Shown one piece after another: positions 19,513-31,396 of a DNA stretch of 64,000 nucleotides. The notes beneath the pieces were generated by a model, which worked only from the letters and a program-made list of their open reading frames with translations, was not told where the DNA came from and did not search any database. Origin of the DNA: Alphaproteobacteria bacterium (lineage in GTDB: Bacteria > Pseudomonadota > Alphaproteobacteria > Bin95); the NCBI GenBank assembly GCA_964291285.2, contig OZ219785.1, positions 224,001-288,000 on the forward strand. The letters run 5' to 3'. How positions within the stretch are numbered: the first letter of the stretch is position 1; the number at the start of each line of letters is the position of its first letter. Position numbers and translations under genes: made by a program.

Positions 19513-21526
19513 CCCGACTTCCGCAACTCGGGGGTCATGAGGATGCTAACTCATTGAATAGCCTTGATCGTCTCCCCGAGGGTCGGCACTACAAGGCGGC
19601 GAACGGAGAGGCGGCGCCGTGTGCCGTCAGGCGGAGATCCGGGGTGCGGGTTGCTGCGGCCAGGTCATGCCGAGCTGTTGCAGCAGTAGCTCGTGCTCCT
19701 TGTTCGGCCGGGTGTGGCGCGGCAGGACGAGGTGCCGGCCGTCGGTGGTTGGCAGATGGACGTCCACCATCTGGATGGTGGCGAAGGCCTCAAGGATGGC
19801 GCGTGGGGTGAGGCCCGGGGCGCGCGGCCGGGCGAGGTTCTTCAGGGTCACCAGCAGGCAGTAGGCGATGAACGAGACGAAGATATGCGCCTCGATGCGC
19901 TCTTGGCGCTGATGGAAGATGGGGCGGATCGCGAGGTCGTGCTTGAGTTCCTTGAACGCCTGCTCGATCTCGACGAGCTGCATGTACAGATGCCACAGCG
20001 TGGCGGGGTCTTCGGCGACCATGTTGGATCGCAGCAGGTAACGGCCCTCGCGGCGGCGGACCTGGCGCAGCCGGTCGCGCTGCAGGCGGAATGAGAAGCC
20101 GTTGGCGGCGAGTTCGCTGTCGGTCCCGGGCACGGTGATGTCGACCAGGCTCCAGGCCCGGCCGGCCTCCTTCCTGGCGGCGCCGAGCTTGAGCAACAAC
20201 TGATCCCGGCTGTTCGACTGCCCTTGCAACTCGGCCAATCGACGCCACAGCCTCTTCAGCCGGCGCCGGCGCATGCCGCGTTCCTTCACCTGCCGCCCCT
20301 CGCTGCGCACCAGGACGTAGAGCTCGCCATCCTCGACCAGAAGCTTGACAGTCACGGACTGGCGCACCTCCTGCCAGGGCAGGCCCAGGAACACCTTCTC
20401 GAGCCGCGTCAGCCGGCCCTTGGGCGTGCCCACCAGGTAGCGCACCGGCGCCTCGCCCTCGCGCATCGCGGCCAGCGTCTCCTCGGTGGGGATGCCGCGG
20501 TCCATGATCCACACCCGCTCGGAGCGGCCATACTGATCCTCGATCTTCTTGAGGAACGCCGCCAGCGTGGTGTCGTCGGAGGTGTTGCCCGGCATCACCT
20601 CATAGGCCAGCGGAAAGCCCTGCGGCGTAACGATCAGGGCGATCACCACCTGCACGCAGTCGGGCCGCTTGTCCCGGCTGTAGCCGAAGCGGCGCTTGTC
20701 ATCGAACGGCGGATCGCTCTCGAAGTAGGTCGAGGTCAGGTCGTAGAGCAGCACGTCGAAGCGCGCCTCGAACAGCGTCGCCCAGCGGTCGCGCAGAAAC
20801 GAGAAGAAGCCCTGCTTGTGCGCCAGCAGCTTGTCGAGACAGCGATAGAGTGTGTCGTCGGCGATCGCCCGCTCGCCACCCAGAAGATCGCGAAGCGCGC
20901 TGTGCTCATACCAGTGACGGTGAAGGCGCCACTCGCTGCCCGGGTCGATCAGCCGGTAGCAGACCTGGATCTTCAGGATGTCCAGCCACCGCGTGCCTTG
21001 CCGGCTCGCCGGCAGCCGCTCTTCCCAGAAGCGGTCCAGGTCCAGGCGGTCCCACAAGGACAGCGCCAGCCAGCACGCCCCCCACTGGCGCGGGTCGTGA
21101 AGCGCCACCTGCGAGAGGTCGATCTTCACCACTTCGCAAGTCAGCGCCGGCGCCTCCCGGTCCTCGGGAAACAGCGCCATCTGCCGTGATCGCGACTTGC
21201 CCTCCACCACCTCGATCGAGCGGCACCACGCCGCTCGCTGGCTGTCGTTGATCTCCCCGAGATAGAGCACCTGACGCTGAACAACCCGACCGCCGTGGAC
21301 CCGGACGTTCTCCACAACGCTCCAGTAGCGGTGCTCCTTGCCGTCCTTGAAGCGTCTCTTGCAGCGCACGAACATCAGCGCAGCGTCCGGATCTTCGCCA
21401 GCCCGATCAAGGGGGTAGGTCGGCACTACAAGCCGGTCCCGAGAGGTACTGCACCGAAATCCGACACTTCTCGCGCCGGAAAACCGTCAAATCAGTCGAT
21501 TCTCAAGCCGAGTTGCGGAAGTCGGG
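19513..21526 (-). mobile_element. IS1634-like insertion sequence, copy 1 (2014 bp)
   Basis: 19-bp terminal IRs cccgacttccgcaactcgg / ccgagttgcggaagtcggg; same length and translation as copy 2; flanks ATAG/CTAA do not form a duplication. Confidence 0.9.
19627..21375 (-). CDS. IS1634 family DDE transposase
   Basis: LLYDLTSTYFE, FGYSRDKRPDCVQV, MDRGI, IEQAFKELK, RPIFHQ...RIEAHI. Confidence 0.9.
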   Translation of the reverse strand: MFVRCKRRFKDGKEHRYWSVVENVRVHGGRVVQRQVLYLGEINDSQRAAWCRSIEVVEGKSRSRQMALFPEDREAPALTCEVVKIDLSQVALHDPRQWGACWLALSLWDRLDLDRFWEERLPASRQGTRWLDILKIQVCYRLIDPGSEWRLHRHWYEHSALRDLLGGERAIADDTLYRCLDKLLAHKQGFFSFLRDRWATLFEARFDVLLYDLTSTYFESDPPFDDKRRFGYSRDKRPDCVQVVIALIVTPQGFPLAYEVMPGNTSDDTTLAAFLKKIEDQYGRSERVWIMDRGIPTEETLAAMREGEAPVRYLVGTPKGRLTRLEKVFLGLPWQEVRQSVTVKLLVEDGELYVLVRSEGRQVKERGMRRRRLKRLWRRLAELQGQSNSRDQLLLKLGAARKEAGRAWSLVDITVPGTDSELAANGFSFRLQRDRLRQVRRREGRYLLRSNMVAEDPATLWHLYMQLVEIEQAFKELKHDLAIRPIFHQRQERIEAHIFVSFIAYCLLVTLKNLARPRAPGLTPRAILEAFATIQMVDVHLPTTDGRHLVLPRHTRPNKEHELLLQQLGMTWPQQPAPRISA

Positions 21527-21625
21527 CTAACTGCCGCGGCGATGCGGGGAGTTGAGGCTTGCCGCCTTCGTGCGTTCGGCGCGCGACTCTCGCGCACGGC
21601 ACCGACACAGTTGGGGGAAGCCAGA

Positions 21626-22657
21626 ATGGGAACCAAATCGACAATCGCCGCGGCCGCAGCGCTGTTCGTCGGACTCGGCGCATCCAGCGGGCCTGCAAGC
21701 GCAGAGCAGTGGAGCATGGCCACGCCGTGGGGCGGCGGGCCGCTGCTCGAGTACACCGCCAAGGGCATCGCCCAGGAGATCGAGTTCCTCACCAACGGTG
21801 AGATCAAGGTCGAGGTGTTCCCGGGCGGCACGCTCGGGAAGGCGCTCAAAGTGACCGACACCGTGCGCAAGGGTGTCGCAGAGATCAGCCATAACTGGGC
21901 CGGCTACGACTGGGGTGTCGACCGGACCGGCGTGCTGTTCGGCGGCTTCGCCGGCACCATGGAACACGAGAAGATGATCCACTGGATGTTCCGCGGCGGC
22001 GGCGCCGACCTGCTGATGGAATGGCGCATGGCAAAGTTCGACATCGCCTCCATTCCCTGCGGTTCCGCGCCTCCCGAGGTGTTCATGCACAGCCACAAGC
22101 GCGTGTCCTCGCTGGCGGACTATGAGGGCATGAAGGTGCGCACTTCCGGCGCCTGGGCCGAGATCGCGCAAACGCTCGGCGCATCCACGGTCATCCTGCC
22201 CGGCGCCGAAGTCTATCCGGCGCTCGAGCGCAAGGTGGTGGACGGCATCGAGTGGGGCACGCCGTGGATGAATGAGTCGGCCGGCTACGAGAAGATCGCC
22301 AAGTACATCGTGGTGCCCGGTATCCATCAGCCGACCGCGTTCCACGAATGCCAGATCAACAAGGCCGTCTGGGACAAGCTCTCCGACCGCAACAAAATGC
22401 TGCTTCGCCGTGCGGGTGAGCGCATGACGTTCAACTTCTGGATGGAAATCGGCCACCAGGACGCACCGGCCTTCCAGAACTTCCTGAAGGGGGGCAACGA
22501 GGTCGTGGATCTCGATGCGGACTTCATCGCCAAGGCCAAGACCGCCACCGACGAGTGGGCCGCCAAGCAGGCCGGCGAAAACGAATGGTTCGCACGCGTC
22601 TGGAAGAGCCAGCAGGACTACGCCGCGACGTGGTCCGAGGCCCATCGCTACCGCTAG
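21626..22657 (+). CDS. dctP: TRAP transporter substrate-binding protein (DctP/TakP-like)
   Basis: Signal peptide; GEIKVEVFPGG, GMKVRTSG, EVYPALERKVVDG, PGIHQP. Confidence 0.88.
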   Translation: MGTKSTIAAAAALFVGLGASSGPASAEQWSMATPWGGGPLLEYTAKGIAQEIEFLTNGEIKVEVFPGGTLGKALKVTDTVRKGVAEISHNWAGYDWGVDRTGVLFGGFAGTMEHEKMIHWMFRGGGADLLMEWRMAKFDIASIPCGSAPPEVFMHSHKRVSSLADYEGMKVRTSGAWAEIAQTLGASTVILPGAEVYPALERKVVDGIEWGTPWMNESAGYEKIAKYIVVPGIHQPTAFHECQINKAVWDKLSDRNKMLLRRAGERMTFNFWMEIGHQDAPAFQNFLKGGNEVVDLDADFIAKAKTATDEWAAKQAGENEWFARVWKSQQDYAATWSEAHRYR

Positions 22658-22668
22658 CGGTGGCCGAG

Positions 22669-22696
22669 CGGGCGGGCCGTCAGGTCCGCCCGGTTT
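22669..22696 (+). terminator. Intergenic stem-loop after dctP
   Basis: cgggcgggcc-gtca-ggtccgcccg followed by gttt. Confidence 0.45.
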
Positions 22697-22770
22697 CCGT
22701 CACGGTGTCCCCGGCCGCCGCAGTCGGGGCTTCACGCTCGGTTTGCCTCAGCGATGAGGAGTGACACGGC

Positions 22771-23307
22771 ATGGTTGCCCTCATCAGGGGAATAGAGCGT
22801 CTCTCCCAGTCCCTTGGCGTGGTCGGCGCCTGGGTCATGGCGCCGCTCATCCTGTCCATGGTCTACGAGGTTCTGGCGCGTCACCTGTTCGACGCGCCGA
22901 CCTTCTGGGCCTACGAGGTGGGCTACATGCTTGCAGGCACCTGCTACCTGTGCGGCATGGCGTACTGCATGAAGGAGCGCGGCCACATCCGCGTCGACTT
23001 CATCTACGACAATATCGGGCCGAAGGGCCGGGCGGCAGTGGACGTCTGCGGCTTCGTGTTCCTGATGTTGCCGGGAGCGGTCTGGGTCACCTTCGGACTC
23101 GGCGAATATGCCTACGAGGCATTCGAGAGCGGCGAGGTTTCCGGTGAATCCGCCTGGAATCCGGTGATCTGGCCGTTCAGGACGGTCTGGGTCATCGCCT
23201 TCGCGGTGCTGTGCCTGCAGGCGTTCGCCGAGCTCCTCAGGTCGGCCCGGGTGCTGCTCGGCCTGGCCGAGGAGAAAGGCTTCGAACCGCATGGAGTCGA
23301 GCTGTGA
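22771..23307 (+). CDS. dctQ: TRAP transporter small permease
   Basis: YEVLARHLFDAPTFWAYE, HIRVDFIY, four TM segments. Confidence 0.9.
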   Translation: MVALIRGIERLSQSLGVVGAWVMAPLILSMVYEVLARHLFDAPTFWAYEVGYMLAGTCYLCGMAYCMKERGHIRVDFIYDNIGPKGRAAVDVCGFVFLMLPGAVWVTFGLGEYAYEAFESGEVSGESAWNPVIWPFRTVWVIAFAVLCLQAFAELLRSARVLLGLAEEKGFEPHGVEL

Positions 23308-23935
23308 CCCTCGGCATAGGCCTCATGATGTTCCCGGCCCTGATGGTGGCCATCTTCATGGGTTTCCCCGTGGCGTGGTCGCTGATGGGAATCGCCCTCA
23401 TCTTCGGCTACTACCGCTTCGGCGACGCGCTCGTCTATCAGCTCGTGGCGAAGGTGGACGACGTCGCCTCCTACTATGTGCTGGCCGCCGTGCCGCTGTT
23501 CGTCTTCATGGGCGTGATGCTGGAGCGCTCCGGCATCGCCGAGCGCCTGTTCGAGGCCATTCACCTTTGGACCCGCCGGCTGCCGGGCGGTCTGGCGGTC
23601 GGCACCGTGCTGCTGTGCGTGGTTTTCGCTGCGGCGAGCGGCGTTGTGGGGGCGACCGAGTCGGTGGTCGGTCTGCTCGCCATTCCGATCATGCTGCGCT
23701 ACGCGTACGACAAGGGCCTCATCTCCGGCACCATCTGCGCGGGCGGTTCGCTCGGCACCATCATCCCGCCGTCGGTGGTGGTGGTCATCCTCGGTCCGGT
23801 GGCCGACGTCTCGGTGGGCGACCTGTTCGTCGGCATGCTGTTCCCGGGCCTGCTGCTCGCGCTGTCCTACGTGCTCTACATCCTGGTGCGATGCATGCTG
23901 AAGCCCGGGGACGGACCGCGCCTGCCGCCGAGTGA

Positions 23936-25369
<1,434 letters not shown>

Positions 25370-25898
25370 CCGACAACACAGTCGCTCTCCCCGACCGCGA
25401 CCATCTTCATCCTGCTGTTCATCGCCTTCATCGCCGGCTTCGTGCTCGATCTGATTTCCATCGTGCTGATCATCATCCCGGTAGCGGTCGCGGTGCTGCG
25501 CAAGATGGGCGTCGACGACGTCTGGTTCTGCATCATGTTCCTGATCGTCATCCAGACCAGCTACCTGACGCCGCCGATGGCGCCTGCCATCTTCTATCTG
25601 CGCGGCATCAGCCCGCCGGAGATCAAGCTGGCGGACATGTACCGCGGCGTGATCCCGTTCATCCTTCTGGAGCTGGTGGTGCTGGCGCTGGTGTACTGGT
25701 TCCCGGGGCTGGCGCTGTGGCTCCCGAGCGTGGTGTTCAAGACATTCTAGAGCGGTCTCCGACCGGTATGAAACGCGTTCCACACCAACGTCCCGCTTTG
25801 GAAGTTTCCATGCAGCGGGTCGCGCCGGCTCTCCCGGAGGCAGTTTGGTTCGAGGCCTCCAGGGCGCGCCGCGCCCCCGCCACAGAGTTGCGTTCCCG

Positions 25899-26903
25899 TT
25901 ACGGCGTCACCACGATCTTGCCGAAGACTTCGCGGTCTTCCAGCATGCGCACGCCTTCCGCGGCGTCTTCCAGCGGCAGTTCGACGTCGATGGGCGGATC
26001 GAGGCGGCCGGCGGCGATGTCCGCCATCATTTCCTTGAGGCCCTCCACGGTCCAGCTGTTGGAGCCGAGGATCTGGAGCTCGAAGGTCCAGATGTAGCGG
26101 ATGTCGGTCTGCGGGTCGAAACCCGCCGTCGCCCCGCAGGTCAGCATCCGGCCGCCGCGCTTGAGCGCCTTCATCGAGGGCACCCAGGTGTCGCCGCCGG
26201 TGAAGTTGACCACGACATCGACGCCACCCTCGTAGGAGCGCCGGAAGGGCTTGCCGTAGCGCTTCCAGATCTCGCGCTCGAATTGCGTCTCGACATAGTT
26301 CAGGCCCTCGTCGGCGCCGAGCGCCAGCAGGCGGTCGATCTTCTCCTGGCTGCTGGCGGCGGCGATGACATGCGCCCCGACCGCCTTGGCGAGCAGCACG
26401 CAGGCATTGCCGACGCCGCCCGAGGCGCCCAGGATCAGCACCGTCTCGCCCGCCTTCACATGCCCGTTCTCGAACATCATGCGGTGCGCCGTGCCGTAGG
26501 CGACCGGCAGCGACGCCGCCTGGGCGAAGCTCACCCCGTCCGGCATGGACACGAGCTGCCCGGCCGAGCAGAGCGCCTTCTCCGCGAGCCCGCCGTCGAG
26601 CATTTCGCCCATCAGGCCCCGCTCCGGCCAGATCGGGTCCACCAGAACCCGGTCGCCGGGAGACCAGCCCTCGACGCCATCGCCCACCGCCTCGATCTCG
26701 CCGGCGATGTCGAGGCCGGGCACCACCGGTATCGGCACCTTGATGCCCGGCATGCCGCGCCGGGTGAAGACGTCGTGGTAGTTGAGCGAGCACGCCCCGA
26801 CCCGGACGACGACCTCGCCCGGCCCCGGCTCCGGTTCCGGCCAGTCGGTGCGGAAGGCGAAGCGGTCCTGCCCGCCATGGCCTTCGAGAACGAGCGCGCG
26901 CAT
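25899..26903 (-). CDS. Zinc-binding dehydrogenase / quinone oxidoreductase (MDR family)
   Basis: LNYHDVF, PGLDIAG, AYGTAHRM, GASGGVG, TCGATAG. Confidence 0.88.
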   Translation of the reverse strand: MRALVLEGHGGQDRFAFRTDWPEPEPGPGEVVVRVGACSLNYHDVFTRRGMPGIKVPIPVVPGLDIAGEIEAVGDGVEGWSPGDRVLVDPIWPERGLMGEMLDGGLAEKALCSAGQLVSMPDGVSFAQAASLPVAYGTAHRMMFENGHVKAGETVLILGASGGVGNACVLLAKAVGAHVIAAASSQEKIDRLLALGADEGLNYVETQFEREIWKRYGKPFRRSYEGGVDVVVNFTGGDTWVPSMKALKRGGRMLTCGATAGFDPQTDIRYIWTFELQILGSNSWTVEGLKEMMADIAAGRLDPPIDVELPLEDAAEGVRMLEDREVFGKIVVTP

Positions 26904-26916
26904 GGGCCGGGTCCTC

Positions 26917-28146
26917 CTATTCGGCGGCAGCGGCTTCCTTGGCCGCCATCTTCGCCTTCAGCTGCTCGGGCGTCAGCCGCACTATGTCCTCGTTCTGGTG
27001 CGCATAGCGCCGGGCGCCCTCGACCGAGAGCTCCTCCAGTTCTATCTCGCCGGCGAGCACGCCCGCCTTCCAGGCCGCATGCTCCTCTTCCATCGCATGG
27101 AACTCCGGCATGACCTCGCGGGCGAACAGCTCCAGCGAGGCGCAGATGTCGTCATGCGTGTTCTGCCCGGCCTGGTTCAGCAGGATCACCTGGTCCACAT
27201 TGGCGGCGGCGAAGGCGCGCAGCTTCCGGCGGATGGTCTCCGGCGAGCCGATCAGCCCGGCGGTCAGCGCCTGCTGCGCCTTCTCCGTGTGGCGCCAGTC
27301 CTGGTAGAGCTTCCAGAGGTCGGTCTCGCCCGGGGCGGAGATGCCGTGCCGGCCGTAATGGCTGAGGCAGAAGATGAAGAAGGTCCACCCGGCCGCCTTC
27401 TCGACGGCTTCCTCGTCGGTCTCGCAGCACATGAAGCCCGAGACCATGGCGATGTTCGGATTGGTCGGGTAGTCGCAGATCCTGTCGAGATTGCGGGTGA
27501 GGTTGAGGTAGTAGCGGTTGACCCAGGCCCTGGCCGCCTCCGGCGAGACGAACTGGAAGCCGAGCGCCCCCATGCCCCAGCGGCCCGCGTCCTCGATGGT
27601 GTCGATATTGGAGCACGCGACCCAGAGCGGCGGATGCGGCTTCTGCAGCGGCTTCGGCACGACATTGCGCTTCGGGTAGCTGTAGAACTCGCCGCTGAAC
27701 TCGAAAGCGGTCTCGGTGAAGAGCGGGATCGTCGCCTTGACGCCCTCGATCCAGCGGTCGCGCTTGGAACGCACCTGCACGCCGAAAGGATGCAGTTCCA
27801 CCGGCCCCTGCGCCTCGCCGAGCCCGAGCTCCACCCGCCCGCCGGAGAGCAGGTCGAGGGTCGAGACCTTCTCCGCGACGCGGACCGGATGGTTGGTCGT
27901 GAGCTGGATGACGCCGTGGCCGAGGCGGATGTTGCGGGTGCGCTGGCTGGCGGCGCCAAGGAACACTTCCGGCGCGGAGGAGTGCGAATACTCCTCGAGG
28001 AAGTGGTGCTCGACTTCCCATGCATAGTCGTAGCCGAGTTCATCCGCGAGCTCGATCTGCGCCAGCGACTCGTCCAGCAGGCGCCGCTCGCTGTCCTCCG
28101 CCCAGGGGCGCGGCAACTGGTGCTCGTAAAAGATGCCGAATTTCAT
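26917..28146 (-). CDS. LLM class flavin-dependent oxidoreductase
   Basis: WEVEHHFLEEYSHSSAPE, TLDLLSGGRVELG, PKPLQKPHPPLW. Confidence 0.9.
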   Translation of the reverse strand: MKFGIFYEHQLPRPWAEDSERRLLDESLAQIELADELGYDYAWEVEHHFLEEYSHSSAPEVFLGAASQRTRNIRLGHGVIQLTTNHPVRVAEKVSTLDLLSGGRVELGLGEAQGPVELHPFGVQVRSKRDRWIEGVKATIPLFTETAFEFSGEFYSYPKRNVVPKPLQKPHPPLWVACSNIDTIEDAGRWGMGALGFQFVSPEAARAWVNRYYLNLTRNLDRICDYPTNPNIAMVSGFMCCETDEEAVEKAAGWTFFIFCLSHYGRHGISAPGETDLWKLYQDWRHTEKAQQALTAGLIGSPETIRRKLRAFAAANVDQVILLNQAGQNTHDDICASLELFAREVMPEFHAMEEEHAAWKAGVLAGEIELEELSVEGARRYAHQNEDIVRLTPEQLKAKMAAKEAAAAE

Positions 28147-28213
28147 GCGGTGGAATTCTCCGACAACCGTCCCTCCGGAATCCTAGCACGAACCGGCCGC
28201 CGGCCGGGCCGGG

Positions 28214-31200
28214 TCACTCCGCCGCTGCGGGCGCCGGCGCTTCGAGGCGTCCGCGGCGGCGTTCCTCCAGCGGGGCGAGGATCAGGCCGAGCAGCGGCGG
28301 GATGATGGTGAGCGTCAGCACCGCCGAGAGTGACAGGCCGCCCAGCACCACCGAGCCCAGCCCCCGGTAGAGCTCCGAGCCCGCGCCCGGAAACAGCACC
28401 AGCGGCGCCATGCCGAATATGCTGGTCAGCGTGGACATGTAGATCGGGCGCAGCCGGTCCCGCGTCGCCTCCCGGATGGCATCCGGCGGCGTCATGCCGC
28501 CCTCGCGGATATGGAACAGCGTCTGGTGGACCAGCAGGATGGCGTTGTTGACGACGATCCCGACCAGGATGATGAAACCCAGCAGGGTGAGCATGTCGAG
28601 CGGCTGGAAGGCGAACAGGTTCAGCACCGCAAGGCCGAGCACGCCGCCGGCCGTCGCCAGCGGCACCGAGATCATGATGACCAGCGGATAGACGAAGCTC
28701 TCGAACAGCACCGCCATGACCAGGAACACGATGGCGACGGCGATCAGCAGGTCGATGACGATGTGGTTCCAGGTGATCGTGAGCTGGTCGGCCGCCCCGG
28801 AGAGCCTGAGCTTCACCCCGGCCGGCAGGCCGTCCGCCCGGAGCGGGCCGATGACCTCGGCGCGCACGAGGTCCATCGCCTCCTCCAGCGGCATCTGCGC
28901 GCGCGGCCGGATCTGCAATGTGACCGTGCGCACCCGCTCCTTGTGCCGGATTTCGGTCGGACCGGTAGTCACCTCGATGTTGGCGAGCGAGGACGCCGGC
29001 AGGATGACGCCGTTCCGCGTCACCACCGGCAGGAAGTCGATGCCCTGCGTGGATGCGACATTGTCGGTCGGCCCCTTGAGGACGAGGTTGGTGCGCCGCC
29101 CGTCTATGGTCACCCTCGCGACCCTGAGCCCGTCATTGAAGGCGTCGATGGTGTCGGCGAACTCCCGCGCCGAGACGCCGTTGTCCGCCAGCCGGAGCCG
29201 GTCCGGCAGCACGCGCACCTCCGGCGCGCCGAGTTCGAGGCCCGGAATCGGGCGGAGCTGGTTGCCCTCGCCGCGCGGCAGCGCCTTCGCGGTCATGCCG
29301 GTCGCCCTGCCGGCGACCGCCATCACCGTTTCGAGATCGGGTCCGGAAATGTCGAGGTCGATGGCCCGCTTGCCGCCTATGCCGCGCCCGAAAATGGACG
29401 CCACGGTGAAGAAGCCGAAGGTTCCGGGCTCGCGGAATGAGGCCTGCTGGAGGACCGGCACCAGTTCTTCCGGCCTTGCGGGATCGGTGGAAGACGCGCC
29501 GACGAATGTGTAGGACGGCAGCGCCACGAAGAAGAAATTCGCGATTTTCGGCGGCTTGCCGGGCTCGGCCTCGGGGCCGGTCTCGCTCGCCCAGAGCGCG
29601 CGCGTCGCGTCTTCGATCTCCTCGGCGATTTCGCTGTTCGTCCTGAGGTTGTAGCCCGGCGGCGGCAGCACCCGGCCGAGCACGAAATTGCGGCTGCCGT
29701 CCGGCAGGTAGTCGAGCTTCGGCGTCAGCCACCAGGCGACGGCGACCGCAAGCCCCACGATGGCCGCGACGGAGACCAGGGCGGCCTTGCGGTTCCGCAC
29801 CACCGCGCCGGCATAGGCGAGCGTCGCGCGCGCATAGCGCCGCGCCAGACCGTCCAGCACCGGCACTTCGACGCGCCCGCCGGTCCAGACCCGCGCGGCG
29901 AGCAGGCGGCGCGAGAGCGCCGGGATGACCGTGACGGCGACGATGAGCGAGAGCATGACCGACACCGAGATCGCCACCGCAATGTCGCGGAACAGCTGCC
30001 CGACCTCGAGGTCCATTGCGAGGATCGGCACGAAGACCAGCACCGTGGTCAGCGCCGAGACCAGGATCGCCCCCCAGACCTGGCTGGCGCCGCGCAGCGC
30101 GGCCTCGCGCGGCGGCATGCCGCGCTCCCGCAGCCGGTAGATGTTCTCCAGCACCACGATCGCCGCATCCACAACCATGCCGACCGCAAAGGCGATGCCC
30201 GCAAGCGACACGACATTCAGCGAACGCCCGAGCATGGCCATGGCGACGAAGGAGCCCACGACCGAGACCGGGATCGCCAGCGAGACGATCAGCGTCGGCC
30301 GCCAGGAGCGCAGGAACAGCAGCAGCATGATCGCCGCCAGGATGCCGCCGACGACGATGTTCTGCCGCACCAGGTCGATGGCGGAGACGATGTAGTCGGT
30401 CTCGTCATAGACCTGGTCCATGACGAGGCCCTCGCCGGGCAGCACGGATTCGTTCAGTTCGGCGACGGCGGCGCGCACGCCCTCCATGGTCTCGATGACA
30501 TTGGCTCCGGCCTCGCGCTTGGCGTTCATCACCACGGCGCTCTTGCCGAGGCGGCGGATGCGCGCGCGCGGCTCCGAATAGCCGTAGGAGACCTCGGCGA
30601 TGTCGCCGACCGTCACGCGCCCGATCCGCCCGGTGGCGCTGTCCGACGCGGTGCGCAGCACGACCGCACGCACGGCTTCCGGCGTGTCCAGATCGCCCTC
30701 CGCGCGCACCAGGTAGCGCCGCTTGCCTTCTTCCACGTCGCCGGCCGAGACCGAAGCGTTGGCGGCCCGCAGCTTCTGGGTGATCTCCGTCACCGTCAGG
30801 CCGAATTGCGCCATCCGCTCCGGCTGCACGGTGATATGCAGTTCGCGCTTGACGCCGCCGAAGGCGTCGGTCCGGGAAACGCCCTCCACGCGTTCCAGCC
30901 GGTCCTGGATCACTTCCTCGACGAAATCGCCATAGGTGTGGACCGGCCGGGCGTTGCCCTTTGCGGTCTGGATCGAGAACCACGCGATGGCGTTGTCTTC
31001 CGCGCTCGCCGTCCGCAGGGTCGGGCGGTCGGCCTCGTCCGGATAACCGGACACGCGGTCGAGCCGGTTCGCGACCAGCAGCAGCGCCCGGTCCATATTG
31101 GTGCCGATGGCGAAGGTGAGCGTCACCCGCGCGCGCCCGTTTTCCGACCGGCTCTCGACATCCTCCAGCCCCTCGACGCCCTTCAGCACCTCCTCCTGGC

Positions 31201-31396
31201 GGTTGACGACCTCGCGCTCGACTTCCGCCGGGGCCGCGCCGGGCCAGAGCGTCTGCACGGTGATGATCGGCTTGCGCACGTCCGGCGTCAGCTGGATCGG
31301 GATCGTCTCCAGGGCCACCAGTCCGAACAGCACGACCATCAGCACCGCCGCGATTACCGCGATGGGGCGGTCTATGGCGAAGCGGACGAGGTTCAT
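28214..31396 (-). CDS. RND efflux transporter permease (AcrB family)
   Basis: 1060 aa; GMVVDAAIVVLENIYR, GIVVNNAILLV, RLRPIYMSTLT. Confidence 0.93.
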   Translation of the reverse strand: MNLVRFAIDRPIAVIAAVLMVVLFGLVALETIPIQLTPDVRKPIITVQTLWPGAAPAEVEREVVNRQEEVLKGVEGLEDVESRSENGRARVTLTFAIGTNMDRALLLVANRLDRVSGYPDEADRPTLRTASAEDNAIAWFSIQTAKGNARPVHTYGDFVEEVIQDRLERVEGVSRTDAFGGVKRELHITVQPERMAQFGLTVTEITQKLRAANASVSAGDVEEGKRRYLVRAEGDLDTPEAVRAVVLRTASDSATGRIGRVTVGDIAEVSYGYSEPRARIRRLGKSAVVMNAKREAGANVIETMEGVRAAVAELNESVLPGEGLVMDQVYDETDYIVSAIDLVRQNIVVGGILAAIMLLLFLRSWRPTLIVSLAIPVSVVGSFVAMAMLGRSLNVVSLAGIAFAVGMVVDAAIVVLENIYRLRERGMPPREAALRGASQVWGAILVSALTTVLVFVPILAMDLEVGQLFRDIAVAISVSVMLSLIVAVTVIPALSRRLLAARVWTGGRVEVPVLDGLARRYARATLAYAGAVVRNRKAALVSVAAIVGLAVAVAWWLTPKLDYLPDGSRNFVLGRVLPPPGYNLRTNSEIAEEIEDATRALWASETGPEAEPGKPPKIANFFFVALPSYTFVGASSTDPARPEELVPVLQQASFREPGTFGFFTVASIFGRGIGGKRAIDLDISGPDLETVMAVAGRATGMTAKALPRGEGNQLRPIPGLELGAPEVRVLPDRLRLADNGVSAREFADTIDAFNDGLRVARVTIDGRRTNLVLKGPTDNVASTQGIDFLPVVTRNGVILPASSLANIEVTTGPTEIRHKERVRTVTLQIRPRAQMPLEEAMDLVRAEVIGPLRADGLPAGVKLRLSGAADQLTITWNHIVIDLLIAVAIVFLVMAVLFESFVYPLVIMISVPLATAGGVLGLAVLNLFAFQPLDMLTLLGFIILVGIVVNNAILLVHQTLFHIREGGMTPPDAIREATRDRLRPIYMSTLTSIFGMAPLVLFPGAGSELYRGLGSVVLGGLSLSAVLTLTIIPPLLGLILAPLEERRRGRLEAPAPAAAE

